A DNA stretch of 64,000 bases from Bacteroidetes bacterium MedPE-SWsnd-G2 (GCA_001874335.1 MPDE01000012.1:25263-89262); one strand, 5' to 3'; positions 1 to 9,563 are shown, counted from the first letter of the stretch. Notes: generated from the letters alone by a model not told the origin. Translations and numbers: made by a program.

Positions 1-1345
1 ATTTAAATTCTTGTCTAATAACTTCTTGTTTGTTTTCTTGACTTTCCATACTGTCTTTTAGTTTGATGAAAAGTTCGTAGTTTTTTAGAGCTAATTTATT
101 ATTGTTTACTTCAGAATAAATTTTGTACAGTTGCTCAGATATATTTTTTGTTATTTCAATATTGACATCGTTGTTTGTTTCAAGACTTTTATTGAAATAG
201 TTTAAGGCAGGTTTGTATTCATTTTTCTCCTTATAATAATAACCATAGATCATTTGCGACCTTGAAAGTGTTTGTTTGTCACTAGATGCCTCAGCAATAT
301 CTAACGCGCGTTCTATGTTTGGATAGGCGAGGTCAAATTGCTTTAAATCAATTTGAATTTCTCCAATAGCAAGTAGAGAAGAACTTATGTATGCCTGCAT
401 TTTTAGGTCTTCAGCAATCTTTAAGGATTTCTCCAAATTTACAAGGGCTAAGTCATATTTTTTTTCATCCAATTGAACTCTACCAATATTATTTAAACAA
501 CGCATTACACCTGGCTTATCTCCTAATTTTTCTCTTATTTCCAGACTTTTGTTGGTATACTCATAAAATTTAGGGAAATCCTTTTGAAGATAATATATGG
601 TTGCGATATTAAAATTACTATAGGCTACCATATATTCATTTTCTGCTTTTTCATTAATTGATAAGCTTTCAGTATATAAACGAATAGCTCCAGAATAGTC
701 ACCTTGTCTTGTTTTTAATATGGCAAGATTGTTCATTGGGCTACTTCTTTCATCCGGAGTTTTACCACTTTTATAAAACGCGATACTTTTTTCTAAATTG
801 ATGGTTGCTTGCTCGTGGTTTCCTTGCCTAACATTTATAATCCCAATATTGTTATATACATTACCCAGTTGAGAATTGTCATTTAGCCCTTCCATAAGTT
901 CTACGGCTTCTAAGTAGTAATTCAAGGCGCCATCGTAATTTCCTAAATCAGATTGAACAATTCCTAAACTATACATGGCGGAAGCTTCTATCCCTTTAAT
1001 GTCTTTCTCTTTAGCTATCTTTTTAGCTTCAGAATAGGCATTTTTGGCTTTGTCGAATTCTCCTTGTACTCTATTAGCACTGCCTTTGATTAAAAAGGTA
1101 TAAGCTGCGATAGAGTCAAATTGATTTTTTTGTGCTAAATCATATGCTTTTTGTGCATAAAACAATGCACTGTCAATATTCTTAGGATTCAGTTCTTGCG
1201 CATATTTTGATAATGCCCTAACTCTAACGAGATCTGGATTAGATTGATCATTCCAAGTAGTCCACAACGAGTCTGCTTTAGACTGCCCCAAACAACTAAA
1301 AGAAAAGAGCGCAATAAAAGAAAAGGATAAAAAAAGGTGTTTCAT
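1..1345 (-). CDS. TPR-repeat protein with N-terminal signal peptide, partial (C-terminus lies beyond the window start)
   Basis: Not in the ORF track. Reverse translation from ATG (cat at 1343-1345) reads MKHLFLSFSFIALFSFSCLGQSKADSLW... and stays open to position 1. It has repeated A/Y/L-rich ~34-aa units (e.g. ...AYSNFNIATIYYLQKDFPKFYEYTNKSLEI...). Confidence 0.8.
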   Translation of the reverse strand, partial: MKHLFLSFSFIALFSFSCLGQSKADSLWTTWNDQSNPDLVRVRALSKYAQELNPKNIDSALFYAQKAYDLAQKNQFDSIAAYTFLIKGSANRVQGEFDKAKNAYSEAKKIAKEKDIKGIEASAMYSLGIVQSDLGNYDGALNYYLEAVELMEGLNDNSQLGNVYNNIGIINVRQGNHEQATINLEKSIAFYKSGKTPDERSSPMNNLAILKTRQGDYSGAIRLYTESLSINEKAENEYMVAYSNFNIATIYYLQKDFPKFYEYTNKSLEIREKLGDKPGVMRCLNNIGRVQLDEKKYDLALVNLEKSLKIAEDLKMQAYISSSLLAIGEIQIDLKQFDLAYPNIERALDIAEASSDKQTLSRSQMIYGYYYKEKNEYKPALNYFNKSLETNNDVNIEITKNISEQLYKIYSEVNNNKLALKNYELFIKLKDSMESQENKQEVIRQEFK

Positions 1346-1567
1346 TTTTTTATGAATTAGAAAAATGTAGGAATCTAAGTATAATAATTTGAATCCCAGA
1401 TACTAACAAAAATAAACATTAAGTATTCAGAGCCAAATTAAAAGGAATGCAATTGTTTGGATTTAAGTGGTTTCAGTGCCCAAAACACACAGATTGAAAG
1501 AGGTAAGAGAAATACCTATATTAATTATTTAGGATTTTCACTAAAACTGAGGGCTTCAATGCCAAGG

Positions 1568-1575
1568 TATATTTG
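1568..1575 (+). promoter_or_regulatory. Candidate Bacteroidota sigma-A -7 box (TATATTTG) upstream of the first barrel paralog
   Basis: Exact match to TAnnTTTG about 90 nt upstream of the ATG at 1665. No clear -33 element seen. Confidence 0.35.
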
Positions 1576-1664
1576 CAGTGTAAAACTTTGCTGACTAAAA
1601 TATTTAACATTTCAAATGTTTTAGTAAAGACAAAGCAATTTTAAACCTTTTAACACTTAAAATA

Positions 1665-2441
1665 ATGAAAAATTTTATCATCATGGCATTTGCATTACTG
1701 GTTTCAATATCTGTCAATGCCCAAACTGAAGAAGAAAAAGCAGCTAATGCTCGAGCGCAGGCTAATAACCCAATTGCTTCGAAGACAGCGTTTAATTTAC
1801 AATCGTATTACTCTACAAATTTATCAGGAGTAACAGACGGTACCTCTAACAGCTATTGGTTGAGGTTTGCAACACCTACAGGGCGTGTTTTATGGCGTTT
1901 TTCAGCTCCTCTTTCAACCTTTGAAAATAAAGACTTAGGTATAAGTGAGTCAGGATTAGGAGATATGGATTTATTTGCTGCATATTTAGCGGTGTCAAAA
2001 CCTAAATTTTCGTTCGGTATTGGACCTTCAGTATCCGCTCCAACGGCATCTTCGGCAACCTTAGGAACAGGAAAATGGACAGGTGGTTTAGCAGCTGTGA
2101 CATTTGCTGTACTTTCTCCTAAATTTCAAGTTGGTGCTTTAGCCATTTGGAGAACCGATTTTGCAGGAAGCTCTAACAGAGATGATGTCGATATTTTTGC
2201 AGCACAACCTTTTGCAATGTTTCAAGCTGGAAAAGGATTGTACTTTAGATCGGCTCCAACATGGAACTTTAACTTAAGAAACGGTAGTTATAATGTACCT
2301 GTTGGTTTTGGTATTGGTAAAGTAATTAAAATAGACAAAGTAGTTTGTAACTTCTTTATAGAACCACAGTTCTCTGCTATACACAAAGGGCCAAACCAAC
2401 AATTATTCCAATTATACTCAGCATTAAATATGCAGTTTTAA
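1665..2441 (+). CDS. Outer-membrane beta-barrel protein, paralog 1 (resembles the MetA/phenol-degradation-type transporter OMP family)
   Basis: Signal peptide ending VNAQ, alternating hydrophobic strands, a QANNPIAS motif and a C-terminal aromatic residue (NMQF stop). The family assignment is from memory only. Confidence 0.8.
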   Translation: MKNFIIMAFALLVSISVNAQTEEEKAANARAQANNPIASKTAFNLQSYYSTNLSGVTDGTSNSYWLRFATPTGRVLWRFSAPLSTFENKDLGISESGLGDMDLFAAYLAVSKPKFSFGIGPSVSAPTASSATLGTGKWTGGLAAVTFAVLSPKFQVGALAIWRTDFAGSSNRDDVDIFAAQPFAMFQAGKGLYFRSAPTWNFNLRNGSYNVPVGFGIGKVIKIDKVVCNFFIEPQFSAIHKGPNQQLFQLYSALNMQF

Positions 2442-2456
2442 TTAGTAAACACTTAT

Positions 2457-2489
2457 AAAAAGGAGCTCGATGTTTATCGGGCTCTTTTG
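2457..2489 (+). terminator. Intrinsic terminator after paralog 1
   Basis: Hairpin gagctcgat-gttt-atcgggctc followed by tttt. Confidence 0.7.
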
Positions 2490-2618
2490 CTTGTTGTATT
2501 TACTCAAAAAAGAGTTGCTGTAGAATTATTTAAAAAAATAGCTTAACTTTAATAGGTTGCAAATCAGTAGTTTGGGTTTGTAATGTTAACTTAATAAGTA
2601 ATCTTAAAGTTGAAAATT

Positions 2619-3395
2619 ATGAAAAAAATAATTACTCTCGCATTTGCATTTATGCTTGTTGTATCAGTAAATGCACAAACTGATGAAGAAAAGGCTGCAG
2701 CTGCTCGAGCACAAGCAAACAACCCGATAGCTTCGGTAACGGCCTTTAATTTACAATCCTACTATTCTACTAATTTGTCAGGCGTAGTGGATGGAACATC
2801 TAACACCTATTGGTTGAGATTTGCTACACCAACAGGAAGAGTGCTTTGGAGGTATTCTGCTCCTTTTAGCACATACGTTAATAAAGACTTGGGAATTAGT
2901 GAGTCTGGTTTAGGAGACATGGATTTGTTTGCTGCTTATTTAGCCGTTTCAAAACCAAAGTTTTCATTTGGTATTGGACCATCTGTTTCAGCTCCAACGG
3001 CTTCTGCAGATGTCTTAGGTACAGGAAAATGGACTGGTGGGCTTGCCGCAGTGGCTTTTGCTATTATATCCTCTCAACTTCAAATGGGTGCACTTGCCAT
3101 TTGGCGAACAGATTTTGCTGGGAGCTCTAATAGAGCAGATGTCGATATTTTTGCAGTACAGCCTTTTGCTATGTTTCAGGCGGGAAAAGGACTTTATTTT
3201 AGAACAGCTCCAACATGGAATTTTAACTTAAGAAACGGTAGTTATAATGTACCAGTAGGTTTTGGGATTGGTAAAGTGATTAAAATTAATGACGTTGTTT
3301 GTAATTTCTTTATAGAACCTCAGTTTTCTGCACTCCATAATGGACCAAATCAGCCATTGTTTCAGCTATATTCGGCGTTAAATATGCAATTTTAA
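2619..3395 (+). CDS. Outer-membrane beta-barrel protein, paralog 2
   Basis: Collinear with paralog 1: 27 substitutions in 239 mature residues and no indels by manual alignment. I prefer the ATG at 2619 over the TTG at 2610 by analogy with paralog 1. Confidence 0.8.
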   Translation: MKKIITLAFAFMLVVSVNAQTDEEKAAAARAQANNPIASVTAFNLQSYYSTNLSGVVDGTSNTYWLRFATPTGRVLWRYSAPFSTYVNKDLGISESGLGDMDLFAAYLAVSKPKFSFGIGPSVSAPTASADVLGTGKWTGGLAAVAFAIISSQLQMGALAIWRTDFAGSSNRADVDIFAVQPFAMFQAGKGLYFRTAPTWNFNLRNGSYNVPVGFGIGKVIKINDVVCNFFIEPQFSALHNGPNQPLFQLYSALNMQF

Positions 3396-3424
3396 TTTAG
3401 GTAAAATCAAATAGATAAATGTAG

Positions 3425-3452
3425 AGCGCTCGATAGACATCGGGCGCTTTTG
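3425..3452 (+). terminator. Intrinsic terminator after paralog 2 (homologous to the one after paralog 1)
   Basis: Hairpin agcgctcgat-agac-atcgggcgct followed by ttt. It has the same CGAT/ATCG core and the same G-U position as the hairpin at 2463-2485. Confidence 0.7.
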
Positions 3453-3905
3453 CATTGCGGTTTAATTCTCAAAGTCCCATTGTGGTTCAAGGCGCAAATT
3501 TATTTTTGTTTAACGGGATTATATTTTAATAAAACCTCTTAAAATTATGAGCTTTGTTATAATAGGTCATGGCCACAGTTTTCTATACGTTATAAATAGT
3601 ATTATTGGTTCTTGTTTCAGTTGTATTTGGTACTATACATGCAGTTTAAAAAAGACCTAAAATCATATTTTTTGTTCTGTATTCAAAATGGTCGGTCGTT
3701 TAGAAATAATTAACAGCTTGGGCTTTTAATTGTTAAAACTGAATAATTGACGATTATTGAATGGTGACATGCAATTTTCATTGAATCAAGTGGTTAGTTT
3801 TTATTAATTGATAGCATGACGTAATAAAAAAGGTACAAGTGATTTTGTAAACGTTAATGAATTCCCATTTTTTGAATCCTGTACTATAAGCGCTTTATAA
3901 TTATC

Positions 3906-3913
3906 TAAATTTG
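3906..3913 (+). promoter_or_regulatory. Candidate -7 box TAAATTTG
   Basis: Exact TAnnTTTG match ending 20 nt upstream of the ATG at 3934. Confidence 0.45.
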
Positions 3914-3933
3914 CCTTAAATAAAAGTTTTATT

Positions 3934-6252
3934 ATGAAGAGAATAGTTTTATCATTATTCCTTTTGTCATTGAGTTTGGTTTCACAGGCTCAAGTAGAGT
4001 TAGTCGGTGACGATAACTACGGAAGGATTTTAGATTTAACTTACCACCCTACAATTCAAAATAGAGTTTATGCCGTTACACTCAAGTCGCATATTTTAAT
4101 ATCAAACGACAACGGTAACTCTTGGGATTTCTTTTACAGTTTCCCTAATTATCAAGCAAGAGTTCAGCAGCTAAAGGTACTAGATGATGACACCATGTCG
4201 TTTTTTGTAGCTGAAACAAGTAATCATTTTGAAAACACCTTGTATTTACTAGATTTAAATTCGGTCACAATTACAAAGCAATTTACGCCTCCAGTTACTC
4301 CTGGAGCGACCTATGAGTGGATTAAAAGCTATGATATTTATAATGCTAATCGGGATGTTGCAATCTTAAACAGTTCTTTTAAAATAGGCATTGATTCCTG
4401 GGATATTGTGTATTATACTGCTGATGGCGGTGTGTCTTGGGATATGTTGTATCTACAAGATTATGAATTGAATGATAATATTTCTATTAATAATGTAGCT
4501 ATTAACCCTATAAATCCCGATCACTTGTTTATTGCAAGAGCTAATGGGCCTACCGATAATGATGGCGGCTTGCTAGTTTCAACAGATGCTGGATTGAACT
4601 TTACAGAAGTACTTGATGGTATAGAATTAAATGCCATTACGTTTGATGAAAATAATACAGACACCATGTATATTGGTACTGGTTGGAAAGGTGTTTCAAA
4701 CGTTTATAAATCGACTAATACTGGTGTAGATTGGGAAATTATTCCAATTGATTGGGATGCTAATGGCCCTTATAAACAGGTAAATGAAATTGAAATAAAT
4801 AGTAATAACCCTGATGATATTATTGTATTAGCGGGAGATGAGATTGCTATTTCATCTAACGGAGGTTTAGATTGGGATAATTACCCACATGATGTAGATG
4901 ACAGTAATGGTTTATACCTTTTTGGCACTCATGCGTCATACAACCCGTTTAACCCTGGAGAGGTGTTAATCACTACAGATAAATACCCAACCCGGTCATA
5001 CAATGGGGGAGCAACTCTTGAGCAAATAGATAATCCATTTTATTTTTCAAAATTTGTGGATTACACCGCGTTGGGAGATGGTCATTTTTATCATGGCGCA
5101 CAATCAGGGATGGTTCATAAAAACACTTTAACCGATGAGGATGAAGCGTTTCATATTATACCTTTGGGTTCCTTTTCGGTAAATGCAAAAGAATACTTTC
5201 CAGATAAATATGTTGAGGGAAGAATATATATGCGAAATGGATCGGGTTCAAATGCAACGTTTTATATGTTAGGAAATCATGGGGCTTCGATTGATCGTGT
5301 TTTGTTAGGGTATTTTGGTGTTAATATTATGGACGTAGAAACTAATCCGAGTAATACGGATGAGATCTGGGTATCATTTAGTAACAGTGTTACAAGAATA
5401 TTTGATACGACCCAAGATGAATCGTTTGTGGATATAAATTTACCTGTGATAAATCAGCCACCACCTGCACCACAAATTTTACATGCGAGTACTTTTATTG
5501 ACCCATTAAATTCAGATCATGTTTTGATAGGACAAGGCGGAAGGGTTTTTGAAACCTTTAATGAAGGCGCATTGTGGATAGAAAAGAGTGTTGGTTTAGC
5601 AGATTATTTAGACCCTGCAGCTGATTATGTATTTGATATAACTCAAAACCCTAATAACCCCAATGAGTTTGCATTAGCGACAACTCAAGGTATCTTCATG
5701 TCTGACAATTATGGTCAAAACTGGGAGCTTGTTCATACGGCTTTAAACGTGAGAAATGTGGTGTATTCTTCAGCAGATGAAAATACGCTTGTTGCATCCG
5801 TTTATACTTCAGGGGCTTCTGAAGCTCACATTATTTACTCAATGAATAATGGAGAAAGCTGGACTGTAATTCCTGGATCAATGTTAGAATACGTTGGAAG
5901 TGGAAAAATGGATTATAGTTTTGAACCTGGATTGGCTCATGTTTATATGTCTACTTTTGACTCTGGACCTTTAAAGGTTTCAATAGATATTAATGCGCTT
6001 TCAATAAATGATCCTGTAGATAATAGTGTAATTGGAATTTATCCAAATCCAACACGTAATTATCTAAACATTCAATTAAAGGATGGTGTTGAAGTGAAAA
6101 CAATTGAAGTTTTTAACTTGGATGGTCAAACGATATTAGAAACAGAATTTACTGAAAAGTTAAATGTTTCAGGACTGACAGAAGGATTATATCTGCTTAG
6201 ATTAACAGGTGAAAACGGACAGTTTTACGTAAAGAAATTTGTCGTGAAGTAA
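3934..6252 (+). CDS. BNR/Asp-box repeat beta-propeller protein secreted by the type IX secretion system
   Basis: Signal peptide. Seven SxDxGxxW-like boxes (SNDNGNSW, TADGGVSW, STDAGLNF, STNTGVDW, SSNGGLDW, SDNYGQNW, SMNNGESW). C-terminal T9SS type-A sorting domain (IYPNPTRNYLNIQ...YLLRL...). Confidence 0.85.
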   Translation: MKRIVLSLFLLSLSLVSQAQVELVGDDNYGRILDLTYHPTIQNRVYAVTLKSHILISNDNGNSWDFFYSFPNYQARVQQLKVLDDDTMSFFVAETSNHFENTLYLLDLNSVTITKQFTPPVTPGATYEWIKSYDIYNANRDVAILNSSFKIGIDSWDIVYYTADGGVSWDMLYLQDYELNDNISINNVAINPINPDHLFIARANGPTDNDGGLLVSTDAGLNFTEVLDGIELNAITFDENNTDTMYIGTGWKGVSNVYKSTNTGVDWEIIPIDWDANGPYKQVNEIEINSNNPDDIIVLAGDEIAISSNGGLDWDNYPHDVDDSNGLYLFGTHASYNPFNPGEVLITTDKYPTRSYNGGATLEQIDNPFYFSKFVDYTALGDGHFYHGAQSGMVHKNTLTDEDEAFHIIPLGSFSVNAKEYFPDKYVEGRIYMRNGSGSNATFYMLGNHGASIDRVLLGYFGVNIMDVETNPSNTDEIWVSFSNSVTRIFDTTQDESFVDINLPVINQPPPAPQILHASTFIDPLNSDHVLIGQGGRVFETFNEGALWIEKSVGLADYLDPAADYVFDITQNPNNPNEFALATTQGIFMSDNYGQNWELVHTALNVRNVVYSSADENTLVASVYTSGASEAHIIYSMNNGESWTVIPGSMLEYVGSGKMDYSFEPGLAHVYMSTFDSGPLKVSIDINALSINDPVDNSVIGIYPNPTRNYLNIQLKDGVEVKTIEVFNLDGQTILETEFTEKLNVSGLTEGLYLLRLTGENGQFYVKKFVVK

Positions 6253-6277
6253 TCATAGACTTTAATAATTTAATATA

Positions 6278-6310
6278 AAACAAGCCCTCTAAACAGAGGG
6301 CTTGTTTATT
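6278..6310. terminator. Bidirectional intrinsic terminator between convergent genes
   Basis: Hairpin acaagccctct-aaac-agagggcttgt flanked by an A-run and a T-rich tract. Confidence 0.75.
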
Positions 6311-6339
6311 AGTTTTAAATAGGATGTTTGGGTGTTGCT

Positions 6340-7380
6340 TTAAGGTTTAGGGGTGGATTTTAAGTAGCCACCAATATTATATCCAATCACAAATTTTGCT
6401 TTTGTTATTATAAATTGAGCCGAGTTAGCATGATCTAATCCAATGTTATAAATGCTCTGGCCAGCACTTATGTTGGTGTAAAATTGTTTGTAATTATACT
6501 GTAGAAGTATTTGGGCATCTAACTTATATATAAATATGTCTTTTGGATGATACTTTAGGTCGCTGGTTTGTGCTGTTTTGTGCATTAAGCCAATTCCTGG
6601 AAGCACGTTTATTGAGAGAAAGAAATTATAAGGAAGATGGATGACGCTAAAAAAACCGCCATTAATACCGCCTCCTATTCCAGTAAAATTTGTTAATTGA
6701 GCAAAGTCGTTATAAACGGGAGGTTCATGTTCAGGGATTATAGAGTAATCTGATTTTAATTTGTAATAGGTAAGAAATCCACCAAACCCTAATACAACTG
6801 TACTTTTGGTTGGTTTTGAGAGGCCTGTTTTGAGTTGTAGAATAGAAAATTTTTTGGAGTTGGGAATGTACCAATAACTTAATGTGTTCGTGAAATTTGA
6901 TATATCAGTTCTAAAGGTGGTCGGAACATCATAATTTGTTCTTGTTTCAAATCCTTTATAGGACTGTATCGATACATCTAACATATGGTGTTGATGAAAC
7001 AAAAATGAAAACTGCACATCAAAGCGTTCTGTTTTTTCTTCCTTATTTGTTTTGATGTTAATCCCTAAATCTAAAATTAGTTTTTTAGTAGCGAAACCTA
7101 GACCTACACCGGTAGTGTTATGAGGAACATATTCTGTTTGGTATTCGTCATTTTTAAGTTTAAAGCGCTGTTCCTTAAAGTTTGTATACACTCTTACTGA
7201 CCAATTTTTGACATCTCTATCAATTAATAAGGTGTCAATTACTTCTTTGGCACTTAAACTATCTAGCTCTTTTAAAGTTTGTGCACTTAAATTATTAGGG
7301 ATGGATAACAGTAATAAAATGAAGTAAACCCAATATTGGGAGTTTTTGGAAAAGAGTAAAATCAAAAGGTTGTACTTCAT
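6340..7380 (-). CDS. Hypothetical secreted protein, probably an outer-membrane beta-barrel (possibly DUF4421-like)
   Basis: N-terminal hydrophobic signal ending SAQ, then alternating beta-strand-like sequence rich in Y, G, N and T. The family name is from memory and unverified. Confidence 0.65.
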   Translation of the reverse strand: MKYNLLILLFSKNSQYWVYFILLLLSIPNNLSAQTLKELDSLSAKEVIDTLLIDRDVKNWSVRVYTNFKEQRFKLKNDEYQTEYVPHNTTGVGLGFATKKLILDLGINIKTNKEEKTERFDVQFSFLFHQHHMLDVSIQSYKGFETRTNYDVPTTFRTDISNFTNTLSYWYIPNSKKFSILQLKTGLSKPTKSTVVLGFGGFLTYYKLKSDYSIIPEHEPPVYNDFAQLTNFTGIGGGINGGFFSVIHLPYNFFLSINVLPGIGLMHKTAQTSDLKYHPKDIFIYKLDAQILLQYNYKQFYTNISAGQSIYNIGLDHANSAQFIITKAKFVIGYNIGGYLKSTPKP

Positions 7381-7610
7381 TTAAAATAGTATTACTAAAG
7401 AATACGGGTTTGTAAAGTACTAAAATTAAGGAAATTGATATATGTTAAGAGTGATAGTTGCGGGTAATTTTAATTCTAATTTAAAATGATTGTTAAATAC
7501 GTAAGAAAAAATGCAGTTTATCGTTAATATTTGCCTTTTGTGGATTATTTTAATATGAAATGTTTTGTAGAGTCTCTAATTTTTATACATTTACACTGTA
7601 AATTGGAAGG

Positions 7611-7820
7611 ATGCCAGTAAAAACTTTAATTGCCTCAATATGTTTTTTCTTGATCAGTATTGTTACTGTGGCTCAAGGTAGTGGAATGGATTCTCCTCCT
7701 TCTCCACCTCCACCAATTCCACCTCCACCAGGATTTCCAATAGATTCTTATGTATATGTAGTGTTTTTTATTGCGCTAATAATGGGTGTAAGAAAAAAAC
7801 TTCAAAAAATTAAAGTTTAA
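7611..7820 (+). CDS. 69-aa mini-protein: signal peptide, poly-proline tract, PID motif, TM helix, basic tail
   Basis: MPVKTLIASICFFLISIVTVAQG / SGMDSPPSPPPPIPPPPGF / PID / SYVYVVFFIALIMGV / RKKLQKIKV. Confidence 0.55.
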   Translation: MPVKTLIASICFFLISIVTVAQGSGMDSPPSPPPPIPPPPGFPIDSYVYVVFFIALIMGVRKKLQKIKV

Positions 7821-7823
7821 CCT

Positions 7824-8414
7824 TTACTTTTGCATTTGATGCATTTTTTGAACGTATTTCCCTAATACGTCAAACTCTAAATTCACCGCATCCCCCGTAT
7901 TTAAGGTTTTAAAATTAGTATGCTCAAAGGTGTAAGGGATAATTGCTACACTAAAACTATAGTCTTTAGAATCCACTACTGTTAGGCTTACCCCATTTAT
8001 TGTTATAGAACCTTTTTCTATAGTCATGTTATTGTAAGCTGGGCTATATTCAAAAGTAAAACGCCAGCTGCCTTCTTCTTCTCTAATGTTAATGCAAGTT
8101 CCTGTTTGGTCAACATGACCCTGAACTATATGTCCGTCAAGGCGGTCTCCCAATTTCATCGCGCGTTCCAAATTAACGATCTGATTAACTTTTAAGCCCT
8201 TTATATTGGTTTTGTCTAATGTCTCTTTTATCGCAGTGACCCAATAACAGTTGTCTTCTATTTTTGTAACTGTTAAACAAACGCCATTATGTGCAACACT
8301 TTGATCAATTTTAAGTGTCGGAGTAATTTTAGAGGATACTTTGATGTTTAAATTTTCCTGTTCTTGTTCTAACGCTTCGATACATCCTAAATCTTCAACA
8401 ATTCCTGTAAACAT
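7824..8414 (-). CDS. ribE: Riboflavin synthase alpha subunit
   Basis: MFTGIVE N-terminus and two lumazine-binding repeats (GVCLTV / GVSLTV). Confidence 0.95.
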   Translation of the reverse strand: MFTGIVEDLGCIEALEQEQENLNIKVSSKITPTLKIDQSVAHNGVCLTVTKIEDNCYWVTAIKETLDKTNIKGLKVNQIVNLERAMKLGDRLDGHIVQGHVDQTGTCINIREEEGSWRFTFEYSPAYNNMTIEKGSITINGVSLTVVDSKDYSFSVAIIPYTFEHTNFKTLNTGDAVNLEFDVLGKYVQKMHQMQK

Positions 8415-8474
8415 AGTCTCAATTAATTAATTAAATTTGCAGTGATAAAATTAAGGACATTAGATAAGAGTTGA

Positions 8475-9521
8475 ATGAAAAAAGAAGAAAAAATTAAGGT
8501 TGGTATTTCTATTGGAGACTTAAACGGAATTGGATCAGAGATTGTTTTAAAAACTTTTGAAGACCCAAGGATGTTAGAATTCTGTACGCCTGTAATTTTT
8601 GCATCGGTTAAAATAATGTCGTTTTTCAAAAAGCATTATAAGATAGCTGCTAATTTTCATAGCATCCCTAACGCTGATAAAGCTGTTGAAGGAAAGATAA
8701 ATGTTGTGAATATTTGGAAAGAACATATTTCTATCAACTTTGGTAAAGAAGATGAAAAAATTGGTGAATATGCTGTTAGTTCACTAGTAAAAGCTACAGA
8801 GGCTTTAAAAAATGGTGGGGTCGATGTATTAGTAACAGCTCCTATTAATAAGCATAATATTCAGTCTGACACTTTTAATTTCCCAGGACATACCAATTAC
8901 CTTGCAAAAGAATTAAATTGTGATAGTTTGATGTTTATGGTTACAGACGATTTAAAAATAGGTTTACTAACAGATCACGTGCCTGTTAAGGATGTACCAT
9001 CTCATATTGATAAGACATTAATTCAGAATAAAATTGATACTGTATATAATTCTTTGATACAGGATTTTGGAGTTACTAAGCCAAAAATTGCAGTGTTGAG
9101 TATTAATCCTCATGCAGGAGATAACGGCGTAATTGGTAATGAAGATGATGAGGTGTTAAAGCCAGTATTAGACGAAATAAAGAATTCAGGAAAACTAGTA
9201 TACGGGCCATATTCGGCCGATAGTTTTTTTGGATCAGAAAGTTATAAAAACTTTGATGCAGTGATAGCATCTTATCATGATCAAGGATTAATCCCTTTTA
9301 AAACACTGTCGTTTGGTCATGGTGTAAATTACACAGCGGGCTTGTCTAAGGTTAGAACATCACCAGATCACGGTACCGCTTTTGAAATTGCAGGCCAGGG
9401 AAAAGCTAACGAGAGCTCGTTTAAGGAGGCAGTGTTTACTGCTATTCAAATATTTAGAAACAGAAGCGAACACGAAATTTATTCAAAATCACCCTTAAAG
9501 ATAGGTGGTAAAAAGATGTAA
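8475..9521 (+). CDS. pdxA: 4-hydroxythreonine-4-phosphate dehydrogenase
   Basis: GDLNGIGSEI, HAGDNG, YHDQGLIPFK and SPDHGTAFEIAGQGKAN motifs. Confidence 0.95.
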   Translation: MKKEEKIKVGISIGDLNGIGSEIVLKTFEDPRMLEFCTPVIFASVKIMSFFKKHYKIAANFHSIPNADKAVEGKINVVNIWKEHISINFGKEDEKIGEYAVSSLVKATEALKNGGVDVLVTAPINKHNIQSDTFNFPGHTNYLAKELNCDSLMFMVTDDLKIGLLTDHVPVKDVPSHIDKTLIQNKIDTVYNSLIQDFGVTKPKIAVLSINPHAGDNGVIGNEDDEVLKPVLDEIKNSGKLVYGPYSADSFFGSESYKNFDAVIASYHDQGLIPFKTLSFGHGVNYTAGLSKVRTSPDHGTAFEIAGQGKANESSFKEAVFTAIQIFRNRSEHEIYSKSPLKIGGKKM

Positions 9522-9563
9522 ACATTTTTTGTTAATAAACATATTTGAATAAATAAAATTTCA

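Noticed and set aside
3625-3655. Possible relic of a third barrel-gene copy (catgcagtttaa resembles the atgcagttttaa 3' end of the paralogs)
   Set aside because: Only about 9-12 nt match and the flanks show no further similarity. That is compatible with chance in 64 kb.
3547-3660. 37-aa ORF (MSFVIIGHGHSFLYVINSIIGSCFSCIWYYTCSLKKT) downstream of the plus-strand -7 box in the long spacer
   Set aside because: It is short, has no recognisable feature and cannot be tested for conservation here. ORFs of this size arise by chance in AT-rich DNA.
8415-8474. Looked for an FMN riboswitch upstream of ribE, and likewise for preQ1-type elements upstream of queD (32225-32557) and purine-type leaders upstream of purF (50601-50654)
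   Set aside because: The ribE and purF spacers are too short (about 55-60 nt) and lack the conserved cores. The queD upstream region is better explained by two small ORFs.
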